A stretch of DNA of 63,450 bases, from the NCBI GenBank assembly GCA_964374025.1, contig CAYJWU010000001.1:1-63450 (forward strand). Direction: 5' to 3'. Below, piece by piece: positions 8,163 through 16,567 of this stretch; position 1 is the stretch's first letter, and every line of letters starts with the position of its first letter. The translations under genes were made by a program, and so were the position numbers. Origin of the DNA: an uncultured Candidatus Saccharibacteria bacterium. Lineage in GTDB: Bacteria > Patescibacteriota > Minisyncoccia > Spechtbacterales > HO2-43-30. The notes under the pieces are model-generated. The model searched no databases, was not told the DNA's origin, and worked only from the letters and a program-made list of their open reading frames with translations.

Positions 8163-8471
8163 CTACCTCGGCCTCGGCGAGTTGAACAACGCCACGATGC
8201 CCTGCGCTATGACAAGGTCAGAGCTGACACCATCTTCTGTTCGCGGAAGACTTTCTACCCCGGGAAAATGCGTTGGCAGGAGCGCTTGCACCGCTTCGAT
8301 GGCCTTGTCCTTGTCAAGGTTGCTGGCAGCGCTTTGGATCTCTGGCACTCTAAGCGCATACGAGGTTACATAGGCACGAACCTGTCGAGGAGTCATGTAA
8401 TCACCTCGTCGAGTCGGCCCATTCGCCCCCCTACCCCTCTGTTTCTGGCTTTGATGTCTTTTGTTGCTCAC
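8163..8471 (-). CDS. small basic hypothetical protein, visibly more GC-rich than its surroundings
   Basis: 102-aa ORF with a GTG start 6 nt after GGAGGG. Has its own consensus promoter and two downstream hairpins. Confidence 0.65.
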   Translation of the reverse strand: MSNKRHQSQKQRGRGANGPTRRGDYMTPRQVRAYVTSYALRVPEIQSAASNLDKDKAIEAVQALLPTHFPGVESLPRTEDGVSSDLVIAQGIVALFNSPRPR

Positions 8472-8529
8472 CTTTCCCTCCTATTGTTTCATTTACTGGG
8501 CTCTTATCTGCCCCAATTTTCATGCTTCT

Positions 8530-8558
8530 ATTATAGCAAACCCCATGCTCTCTGTCAA
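8530..8558 (-). promoter_or_regulatory. consensus sigma70-type promoter (TTGACA-17 nt-TATAAT)
   Basis: Minus strand: -35 TTGACA at 8558-8553, a spacer of exactly 17 nt, -10 TATAAT at 8535-8530. About 55 nt upstream of the GTG at 8471. Confidence 0.7.
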
Positions 8559-8586
8559 GGTTTTGACCTCAATATTCTAATTTAAT

Positions 8587-8907
8587 TCACACCTTTTCCG
8601 CTATCTGATGAAACCACTTTTCGTGTCTATCCATCCCGTGAGAAAACATAACCATTTCCTGAAAATAAGTATCGGCCTTCTTCGCGTAAGCATCAACCGC
8701 ATTCACTAAATCGCGCACATCTGATTTATCCGCTTTATTTTCCTTTATGTCCTCTATCTCGAGATCAATCTTTGTAAAACGCTGAGCGACATTTTCGAAT
8801 TGATTATCGATATCCGTAAACCGCCCATCGATGTCGGTAAACCGCTCGTCGATGTTCGTAAACTTCTTATCTAGGTATTCCATTAACTCACTAAAATCTT
8901 TATCCAT
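8587..8907 (-). CDS. coiled-coil protein with five heptad repeats (FTxIDxx)
   Basis: 106 aa: FTNIDER FTDIDGR FTDIDNQ FENVAQR FTKIDLE. Three clear 21-bp DNA repeats at 8806-8868. Confidence 0.65.
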   Translation of the reverse strand: MDKDFSELMEYLDKKFTNIDERFTDIDGRFTDIDNQFENVAQRFTKIDLEIEDIKENKADKSDVRDLVNAVDAYAKKADTYFQEMVMFSHGMDRHEKWFHQIAEKV

Positions 8908-8951
8908 ATGCCTATATCGTATGTCTGACTACCGAGCTTGTCAAATCTCAT

Positions 8952-10733
8952 TCACTTCACGCTCGCGCCCTCTTTGTACCAGTTAAGTTCGGCCTTATTG
9001 ATGAGGTACACCATGTCCCACAATCTCCCGGTTGCCGAGAATTTTTCCGGGGTCATATCGAGCCAGTGGCGGGTGCCATCGCCGTTTATTTCGTATACTT
9101 TAGGATCGTCTGCTGCGCGGACGAGCCAAGCATCCTTATAGAGCGCGAGGGTTTGGGCACTCACAACCCGCACGACCGCGAAATTGAGATGCCCATAAAA
9201 GTTAAAAATCTCCGCGCTTTGTATCCAGCGCTTGTATGGGCCCTTTGTAATATATACTTTGTAGTCGCCCTCGGCTCTTAGAAGCGTACCATCCGGAAAA
9301 TCCGGCAACTTTGGAGCAGATTCTATGGCAATTGATGTGACTGCTACGGGCTCTGGTGCTATAGCCGGCGCGCCCGAGTCGGCCGCGGGCACGGCTGTCA
9401 CGGTTGTTGCGGTCATAAGAAATGACACGCTCGGCGCGTTCCCCTGCGTTCCCTTACGCGCGGATTGATTTGAGGGAATAACTACTATTTTGGGAGTACG
9501 ATATCCAAAGTCCTCAACAAAAAAAACTCCATTGCCATTTTGAAGTGTCAATTCCTTTACTGCGAGGACCAGCCCATCCTGATCGTAGACAACATAAGGC
9601 ACGCGGAAATTACTCGTTTCCGACGCGTTGAAATCCAGCCGAAACACATGGTCCGCTGGCCTCTCCCGACTTAAAGGAACTTCAAATTTATTCCAATCGG
9701 CCCGCCAATCCTTAGTCGTCTCCTGGGAAGTAATAGTTTTACCCCCGGCGTCGGGAAGGCCAAATTTTAAACGGAAATTGCCCAAGGAAGGATTCTTATA
9801 ACAATACGCGTCTATTGGCGCAAGCGCGCAATTGTTGACGAGATTCGCAATGGTCCAATTTGTATAGACATCGGAGAAATCCTCTTTAAATCCAAAAAAT
9901 TTAAGGGCGTCGTTGAAACTCTCAATCCCCGCTTTCGCACTCTGAATCGTCGCGGCAAAAACAGACCTTCCATAATGGTCTAGTATGTATTGCGCGAAAA
10001 GATTTATAGAAGCATAATCTTTTATCTCGTTTTCCCAGTCCAAAATGGCGTCCGAGGGAATCTTTAAAAATGCCGCCGCGCGCGCCTCGAGATTACTCCC
10101 TCGATACACATCGGGGTTGTCATATCCAAGGAGCGTTGGAGAAATTTCCGAACGGAGCTCGTTTATCCACGTCTCTTCCTGCACAGAGCGCTGTAGTATT
10201 TTTTGGTTTAAAGTAATAAGATGCTGAAACTCATGAGCTAAAAAGGATTTTGCCCGCGGCTTTCCAATATGCAGCACATTAAGGTTTATCATTTCGCGCT
10301 CATTGGATACTGAAATTTTCTCCCGAGGAAAACCGTCCTGCTCGCGGATATAGCCGCCCGCGTCCTCGTCCATGCGCGTTAGAAGTATTGTGATTTTTGG
10401 GTCGCCGTCTACTCCCGGCGTATTTTCGCTGCCGAAAATATTTCGCAGTTTAGGATATATAACCGAATCAAACTCACCCGCAAGATTCTGAATGTCGGAA
10501 AGAAGAGCAAGCTGACTCCTAGGTTCAAGCCCATACCAATGCTGATCCGAAACATACCATCGCGCGCTTATCCCCTCATATTGAAGTGTTGCTGTAACTC
10601 TTTGATTTCCGCGCCAGTCATACGAGGAGTCAACAAAAAAAGTTACGGTATCGGCATAAGCGTATTGGGCGAAAATTACGCCTACACACGCTACGAGCAG
10701 AGAGAATATAAATTTTGTTTTTAGCGAAAACAT
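8952..10733 (-). CDS. secreted protein with HExxH zinc-metalloprotease motif and two C-terminal ~50-aa repeats
   Basis: Signal peptide MFSLKTKFIFSLLVACVGVIFAQYAYA, then LAHEFQHLI. C-terminal pair: LLRAEGDYKVYITKGPYKRWI / LVRAADDPKVYEINGDGTRHWL. Confidence 0.55.
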   Translation of the reverse strand: MFSLKTKFIFSLLVACVGVIFAQYAYADTVTFFVDSSYDWRGNQRVTATLQYEGISARWYVSDQHWYGLEPRSQLALLSDIQNLAGEFDSVIYPKLRNIFGSENTPGVDGDPKITILLTRMDEDAGGYIREQDGFPREKISVSNEREMINLNVLHIGKPRAKSFLAHEFQHLITLNQKILQRSVQEETWINELRSEISPTLLGYDNPDVYRGSNLEARAAAFLKIPSDAILDWENEIKDYASINLFAQYILDHYGRSVFAATIQSAKAGIESFNDALKFFGFKEDFSDVYTNWTIANLVNNCALAPIDAYCYKNPSLGNFRLKFGLPDAGGKTITSQETTKDWRADWNKFEVPLSRERPADHVFRLDFNASETSNFRVPYVVYDQDGLVLAVKELTLQNGNGVFFVEDFGYRTPKIVVIPSNQSARKGTQGNAPSVSFLMTATTVTAVPAADSGAPAIAPEPVAVTSIAIESAPKLPDFPDGTLLRAEGDYKVYITKGPYKRWIQSAEIFNFYGHLNFAVVRVVSAQTLALYKDAWLVRAADDPKVYEINGDGTRHWLDMTPEKFSATGRLWDMVYLINKAELNWYKEGASVK

Positions 10734-10740
10734 TTAAAAG

Positions 10741-12780
10741 TTATTGTTGATATCCGAGTGTCTCTGCTTTCGCAAAGGCCTCTTCCGCTCTCTCTTTATT
10801 TCCCGAAAGATCATAAGCGCGGCCTAAATACCAATGGGATTCGCCGAGGTCAGGCTCCAAAGCCACGGATTTACTAAGTAAATCAATCGCCTTTTCATAG
10901 TCATTAGTGAACATATATACCTGCGCAAGGAGCCGATATCCCTGCTGATTCGTTGGGCTCATATCTATCGCGTTTTTCAACACGTCTTCGGCCCTGGCAA
11001 TAAATCCCGGATCGTATTCCTGCGCGTTAGTATAAAAATCGCCAAGGATAACCTGATGCCGGAAATCGTAAGGATTTTCTTCGGCGGTTTTACGCATAAT
11101 TTTCTCTACCTCCATTACAAAATCCGCCGGAACCTTTTTTTCCGTGTCTTTTCTTAATAAATCAGAAATATTGATTGTGAAAAATTCAACGATCTGGCGA
11201 TTTCCGAGCGAGTTTAGGGATATGCTCTTTTTGTAAAGTTCTATGGTGTCTCGCGCATTAAGCCCTCCCCTGCTTATCTTAATACCCCAGTGCGCCGCCT
11301 GAAACGACTGAACGCCAAAATAAAAAAGGGAATAAACAAGAATGGCTCCAACTATCGCGGAAATTACGGGGGAAGGAGCGCGCAGCGCCGATTTTTCCCC
11401 ACTTTCTTTTTCTACATCTTTGAAATACGCGGCGCTGCCCGCGAACGCAAGCGTAAAGAAAAACATAATATAGGTGTTGAGCATATCAAAAACAAGCAGA
11501 TTCTGAACAAAATAAGCCAGAAGCGCTACTGTTAGCGCGCTTGGTAAAAACCAGTTTTGCGGCTCGCGGAAAATTTTTCGCCACAACATAAATAGTGCCG
11601 AAACAAATATGGAAAGGTACGCCATGAGCCCGATAATTCCGGAGTGTATTAAATTATCAAGAATAACATTATGGGTCCTATCAAACCAAACCTCTCCTCC
11701 GCATTTATCCAAAGGCAAACAGGGATTGAAATATTTTGTAAATACCGCGTTAAAATTTTCCGGGCCCCAGCCCAAAATAGGCCGTTCCTTCGCCCCTTGC
11801 CATGCCATATTCCAGACAACTTTTCTTGCGCCAATTGAAGCGCTCGAAAAAAATCCCGGGAGATTATCAATAATAGCTTTATTTTGTGTTAAAGTCCCCC
11901 AACTCACAATACTGCCGAATAATATTCCTGCCGCAAAAATTGAGATAGCGATCGCACGGGCGAATTTCACTTTTTTTGCGAAAAACAGCCAGGCAAGAAA
12001 GAAAATCAGGAAACCGCCGAACATGGACAAAAACGCGCCGTGAGCAGTCGAGAAAAATACGGAAAGTATAAGCAATGCAATCCCAATGCCATAAAGCGCC
12101 TGTTTTTGCAGCACGCGCTCTTTGTAAAAAAGCCACATTCCAAAAAATATATTAAAAAGCAAATAGGCCGACATAAAGCTGGAGTTGCCTATGGTAGAGC
12201 CGTCCTTTGTGTCAAACGGTATAATTGATATTCCGATTTTTTGAAAAAGAAAAATAAGCGATACTATGGCGGCCGCAATAAACGAGGCGCTTAAAAGTTT
12301 CTTCCAATGAGATGCATCGCGGAACGTGGACGCAACAACAAGGAAAAACATAGCAAGATGTATCCAGTTTATAGTCCCTGCCATACGCTCAAGAGTGCTC
12401 CAAAAACTGCGCTCAAGGTTTATCCCGGTAAAAGAGGTTACGACAGTAACAAGCAAAAAGGATCCGAGCGCGATAGATATCGCGTTCCAGCGCGGACGGA
12501 ATTGTTTATTTGATACAGCAAGAAGAAGCCACGCCGCGAAGATAATTTCGGTAAATATCCAAAAAAACACCGACTTCGGGACAACAAATGGGAAAAAAAA
12601 CGCGGGGTGCACGACAAGCGGCGCAAAGAGCGCGATATACGCGCCCCAGCGGATAATTTCAACCAAAAATAAAGCAAACCCCGCCTTTGTCCCGCTACGC
12701 GGGACTTCGGCGGGCAAGCCGCTTTCGGCCTTTCGTTTTTTACGGTTTGACTTTCTTCCCATCTTGAATGAGCGATTCAT
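10741..12780 (-). CDS. O-antigen ligase / Wzy_C-family polytopic membrane protein fused to C-terminal TPR repeats
   Basis: 679 aa with ~12 hydrophobic segments, a periplasmic-loop-like region and a C-terminal TPR region (YRLLAQVYMFTNDYEKAIDLLSKSVALEPD..HWYLGRAY). Confidence 0.65.
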   Translation of the reverse strand: MNRSFKMGRKSNRKKRKAESGLPAEVPRSGTKAGFALFLVEIIRWGAYIALFAPLVVHPAFFFPFVVPKSVFFWIFTEIIFAAWLLLAVSNKQFRPRWNAISIALGSFLLVTVVTSFTGINLERSFWSTLERMAGTINWIHLAMFFLVVASTFRDASHWKKLLSASFIAAAIVSLIFLFQKIGISIIPFDTKDGSTIGNSSFMSAYLLFNIFFGMWLFYKERVLQKQALYGIGIALLILSVFFSTAHGAFLSMFGGFLIFFLAWLFFAKKVKFARAIAISIFAAGILFGSIVSWGTLTQNKAIIDNLPGFFSSASIGARKVVWNMAWQGAKERPILGWGPENFNAVFTKYFNPCLPLDKCGGEVWFDRTHNVILDNLIHSGIIGLMAYLSIFVSALFMLWRKIFREPQNWFLPSALTVALLAYFVQNLLVFDMLNTYIMFFFTLAFAGSAAYFKDVEKESGEKSALRAPSPVISAIVGAILVYSLFYFGVQSFQAAHWGIKISRGGLNARDTIELYKKSISLNSLGNRQIVEFFTINISDLLRKDTEKKVPADFVMEVEKIMRKTAEENPYDFRHQVILGDFYTNAQEYDPGFIARAEDVLKNAIDMSPTNQQGYRLLAQVYMFTNDYEKAIDLLSKSVALEPDLGESHWYLGRAYDLSGNKERAEEAFAKAETLGYQQ
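12680..12714. repeat. composite GC-rich hairpin CCCGCC-TTT-GTCCCGC-TAC-GCGGGAC-TTC-GGCGGG inside the ligase-like ORF
   Basis: Read directly. Encodes part of LPAEVPRSGTKAGF. Same inner stem as 46300-46317. Confidence 0.8.
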
Positions 12781-13549
12781 TTATCCTATCCACTGACTTG
12801 TGCAACTTTAGATCTATGCCCTGTTCTTTCGCGAATTGTATAAAAGTCTTTATATCTTTGGGCAGACATGCTCCCGCGTAACCCCTGAATCCTCCATGCC
12901 AAACATCGAAATGGCTATCGTTTATGCGCTTGTCGTACGTAAATCCAAGTTTTACTCTAGAGTAATCAGCTCCGACTTTTTGGCATACATCATAAATCTG
13001 ATTTGCGAAAACCACTTTGTGCGCGTAATAGGTATTGAGCATATACTTTATAATCTCTGCCTCAATGGCCGGTAAAATCAAACTTTGCGCGCGAGGCAAT
13101 AGGGGCATAATTTTTTCTGCTAGTTTTTTGGTTTGCGAATTTGTGTACCCTAAAATCTGTTTGTCCGGATACGCGAAATCCTCTTTCGCGTATGCCGCTG
13201 TCAAAAATTCAGGATTGAAAAGAATTTTTATTTTTGGAAACTTTTTATGGAAATAATCTGTTGTGCCGGGAGGGATTGTGGATTTTATCAGCGCAATTCT
13301 CCCCTGGGGAATTTTCGCGAGATTTTCATCTATCGCGGAAATATCCGCTCCGCGATACACACCGGGTTTTGAGGTTTTTGCGTAAGGAGTAGGCAAGCAA
13401 AGAAAAATACACGGCTGCGCCAGAACCTCTTCTAATGTATTTGGGGTTTGCACATACTTATCCCAAATTTTCGCCTCTTTGTAATGGTGTTTTACGGCGC
13501 TGCCGACATAGCCCGCGCCTATGATGCCAAGTTCGCTGTGTTTAAACAT
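12740..13549 (-). CDS. short UDP-glucose/GDP-mannose dehydrogenase-family protein lacking the C-terminal domain
   Basis: N-terminal GIIGAGYVGS Rossmann motif and catalytic-Cys context GYAGACLPKD. Only 269 aa. Its 3' end overlaps the next gene by 41 nt. Confidence 0.65.
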   Translation of the reverse strand: MFKHSELGIIGAGYVGSAVKHHYKEAKIWDKYVQTPNTLEEVLAQPCIFLCLPTPYAKTSKPGVYRGADISAIDENLAKIPQGRIALIKSTIPPGTTDYFHKKFPKIKILFNPEFLTAAYAKEDFAYPDKQILGYTNSQTKKLAEKIMPLLPRAQSLILPAIEAEIIKYMLNTYYAHKVVFANQIYDVCQKVGADYSRVKLGFTYDKRINDSHFDVWHGGFRGYAGACLPKDIKTFIQFAKEQGIDLKLHKSVDRINESLIQDGKKVKP

Positions 13550-13558
13550 TGCGAATAG

Positions 13559-14458
13559 TTAAATAATTGCGCAATTAAGTAATTGGGTAATTCCGTCTTT
13601 GAGATTCACTTTTGGCTCCCATCCCAGCATCCTCTTCGCTTTAGAAATATCCGCCAGCGTATCCTGCACCTCCCCGGGCCTTGCGGGTATATAAACGCAC
13701 TTTCCCCCAATAATATCAGCGACTTCCTGCACGCTATGGTTGTCTCCCGCGCCGGTATTTATAACCTCGCCTGCACCTCTTTCAATTTCTGAAGCTAAAA
13801 TATTTGCTTCTACAATATCAGACACATGCGTAAAGTCTCTTGTTTGTTTTCCGTCGCCCACTATGGTAAGGGGAGAGCCCTCTGCCCTCATGCGCAAAAA
13901 CTTGGAGATTACCGTGGCATATTCCCCATTTGGATCTGTGCGAGGGCCATATACGTTAAAATATCTCAACGAAATTGTATCAATGCCATAAAGGTCTGTA
14001 AACTCCCGGCATAGCTCCTCGCCAATATATTTTGAAAGCGCGTAGGGATTGAGCGGCTTTGGGCGCATATCTTCAGAGAGCGGCAACCTGTCTTGAGGTC
14101 CATACGCGGAAGACGAAGCGCTATAAACAACTCGTTTTACAAGCGCATCGCGCGCCGCCAAGAGAACGTTTAGGGTCCCCATCACATTGGAACGAAATAC
14201 TCCGGCAGGATCTTCTATGGAGCGACCTATCCTCGGAATTGCCGCGACATGAAAAACAGTATCCTTACCTTTAAATATCGGCTTAATGGCTGTAAGGTCC
14301 GCGATGTCGAACGGAAAAAACTCCGCGCCTTTATGGAGGTTCTCGCGCTTCCCCGTGGAGAGATTATCAATTATGCTAACCCTGTGTCCGTCACTGATAA
14401 GCCGCTCGACAAGGTTGCTGCCTATAAAGCCGGCGCCGCCGGTAACAAGTAAGTTCAT
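13559..14458 (-). CDS. NAD-dependent nucleotide-sugar epimerase/dehydratase (GalE/WbpP-like SDR)
   Basis: VTGGAGFIGSNL, SSSAYG, YALSK (YxxxK). Confidence 0.8.
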   Translation of the reverse strand: MNLLVTGGAGFIGSNLVERLISDGHRVSIIDNLSTGKRENLHKGAEFFPFDIADLTAIKPIFKGKDTVFHVAAIPRIGRSIEDPAGVFRSNVMGTLNVLLAARDALVKRVVYSASSSAYGPQDRLPLSEDMRPKPLNPYALSKYIGEELCREFTDLYGIDTISLRYFNVYGPRTDPNGEYATVISKFLRMRAEGSPLTIVGDGKQTRDFTHVSDIVEANILASEIERGAGEVINTGAGDNHSVQEVADIIGGKCVYIPARPGEVQDTLADISKAKRMLGWEPKVNLKDGITQLLNCAII

Positions 14459-16182
14459 AAAGAATAGATATAAATATTGTTGTCGCTAAAAAGTGCCTCG
14501 TCTATACCATAATCACCCAAGCGCCAATTGGGGTTTTGATTCTTATCCCACATTATATAACTAACCCTGTATTTTTTCAACCCTTCTCTAAATCCGGCCT
14601 CCTTTACCCTCGCTGCCGTATTTAAATAATTGCTTATGACAATCTCGGGGTATTCTTCTACTTCCCTTTCCTTAAAACCTAAAACTTTTCTCACTTTGTT
14701 TTCCTGAACAGCATGTTGGTATTCCGATTCGTAGCCATCTCCGTATATAGCAGTAAAATTCTTCTTTACGAAATTTTCGTTGATATTTTCAAAAAAGTTA
14801 GTAAGGGTAAATCTTTCAGCTATCTCCTCGTCGCTCATGAGATAAAAATTGACATACGGCGAATGAAGCACGTTATTGCGCGTATATACAGTCACAAAGT
14901 AGGAAAGCAATTGATTGACATACACAACTTCGTCTTTCTCTGTATTTTTGTTCAACCAGTCAAGCGCCGGGGCATATCTCTGTAAGTCGCTACCGGGGAA
15001 AGTTTCAACCATTTCTTTAATATCCAAAAAATTCATCCGGATAAATACGAATAAAGTACCCGATACCAAAAATAGCACAGCTGCTGTAATGGCCATATTC
15101 AAAGCTCTATTCATAACTTCCTTTAATGGAACTTCCTTTAGTAAAAACGCTAGAGAAAAAACCGACCAAAAAATCGCGCCCATAGCGTAATGGCTTGCAA
15201 ACTGTATATTCCTGCCGGTCAGAACATGCTGATTAACTGTTATGAGCGCCGCCGTAAGTCCGGCTATCATAAGCAAGGAAACGGGGCTTACGCGCAACAA
15301 CTTCCTTTTGATAAAAAACACATACAGCGCGAGGAGCGACGCGCAGGGAATTATTATCTTTATTCCGGAGGGAAAATGGCTGTAAATCAAACCTTGGCGA
15401 ACCATTATTTCTTGAAATTCTGCAAACTGCGAGGCCTGCAAGGCATACATAAAGTATGGGATGCCCAAAACTATACCGGCCCCCAAAATCATAAGGACTT
15501 TTTTCCCAAGATCCGGAAATTTATACACATAAAGCAACACAATGAACAGGGCAAGCAAACTTCCGTAGAATGTCCAATAATAAGGATATACATAGAACAA
15601 CAATCCAAAATTGACAGCGCAAAGACCCACAAAAAGTTTCCGTAAGCGCGTACTCCGCAAAAGTAAAACAAGTAAGATCAGCTGACTAATCCAAAAAGTC
15701 AAAATAAATTGAGGGCTAACTGGCCTGCCAAGAATGTGGAGGTACACAAGAACCGTCAAAAATGCGCAAGTTGTAAACGCGGCGGAGCGAGAGCGGGTCA
15801 ATAAAAACGCGCACCAATACGTGAGAAGCACAATGACGAAGGGAAAAATAAAATCGTAGAAGACAAAACCAATGGGGGCGCTTACATTAAACAACTTTAG
15901 CGGCTGAGCGAGAAGCCACTCCGATAAAAAAAACTGCATGGGCGGCTTATCTTTATGCTCATAAATGTAGGCATTACCCAAAGTGGGATGCCCATCAATA
16001 ATATCCTGAACCCTCGCGAGATAATGCTGTTCGTCATCATGAAAAGATATGTTTAATATACCCTGGAAATCGTCAACGGTAAAAATGTAAAAAAGTTGGG
16101 GAAGCACTATGAGACAGCCGACAACAAGCGCCAACCCAAAAATCGCCCAATGAGTTTTAATAAGTTTATTTAACTTGTTCAT
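14455..16182 (-). CDS. polytopic membrane protein with a soluble C-terminal domain (putative GT-C-type glycosyltransferase/polymerase); paralogue of 48538-50268
   Basis: 575 aa. The N-terminal region aligns by eye with the paralogue (ILPQL..F....DF.G......D.E.HYL.R......GHP.LGN). Confidence 0.6.
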   Translation of the reverse strand: MNKLNKLIKTHWAIFGLALVVGCLIVLPQLFYIFTVDDFQGILNISFHDDEQHYLARVQDIIDGHPTLGNAYIYEHKDKPPMQFFLSEWLLAQPLKLFNVSAPIGFVFYDFIFPFVIVLLTYWCAFLLTRSRSAAFTTCAFLTVLVYLHILGRPVSPQFILTFWISQLILLVLLLRSTRLRKLFVGLCAVNFGLLFYVYPYYWTFYGSLLALFIVLLYVYKFPDLGKKVLMILGAGIVLGIPYFMYALQASQFAEFQEIMVRQGLIYSHFPSGIKIIIPCASLLALYVFFIKRKLLRVSPVSLLMIAGLTAALITVNQHVLTGRNIQFASHYAMGAIFWSVFSLAFLLKEVPLKEVMNRALNMAITAAVLFLVSGTLFVFIRMNFLDIKEMVETFPGSDLQRYAPALDWLNKNTEKDEVVYVNQLLSYFVTVYTRNNVLHSPYVNFYLMSDEEIAERFTLTNFFENINENFVKKNFTAIYGDGYESEYQHAVQENKVRKVLGFKEREVEEYPEIVISNYLNTAARVKEAGFREGLKKYRVSYIMWDKNQNPNWRLGDYGIDEALFSDNNIYIYSL

Positions 16183-16186
16183 AAAG

Positions 16187-16567
16187 TTACCGAAATACTA
16201 TTTTCTTGCTTAAGGAAAAATTAAAAATCGCGGTGATAAAAGCGGCGATCGAAATTGATACAAGATAATAAACGGATAAAACTGAAGTCATCATATAAAC
16301 CAGCGCGGCGTTTATGAAAAAGGCACAGCAATAAATGAGAAGGAACTTTGCGTATTTCCTGAAATAATTTTCTTTTGAGTGACCGCGAAAAGTTATGTAT
16401 GAATTAGCAAAAAAGTTAAAAGTCCAGTTTACAAGTACTCCCCCAAGGAAGGCCCAGAAATACCAAAGTCCCGCAAATTCCTTAAGCGCGTACGCGACTC
16501 CCAAATTTAGCGCCAACCCCAACCCTCCAATAACGGAAAAGACAATAAATGGAATGGTATTTTTCAT
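16187..16567 (-). CDS. GtrA-family membrane protein
   Basis: 126 aa with four hydrophobic helices. The size and pattern are typical of GtrA-like proteins next to polyprenyl-phosphate glycosyltransferases. Confidence 0.65.
   Translation of the reverse strand: MKNTIPFIVFSVIGGLGLALNLGVAYALKEFAGLWYFWAFLGGVLVNWTFNFFANSYITFRGHSKENYFRKYAKFLLIYCCAFFINAALVYMMTSVLSVYYLVSISIAAFITAIFNFSLSKKIVFR

Noticed and set aside
8040-8480. GC-rich stretch considered as a structured ncRNA (RNase P RNA, tmRNA, SRP RNA, 6S)
   Set aside because: I found no hallmark motifs: no GAGGAAAGUCC-type P4 element, no T-arm GGTTCGAATCC with a CCA end, and no SRP domain IV GGAAGCAGCC. The region has a clean GGAGGG-GTG start and a 102-codon ORF with its own promoter and terminator.
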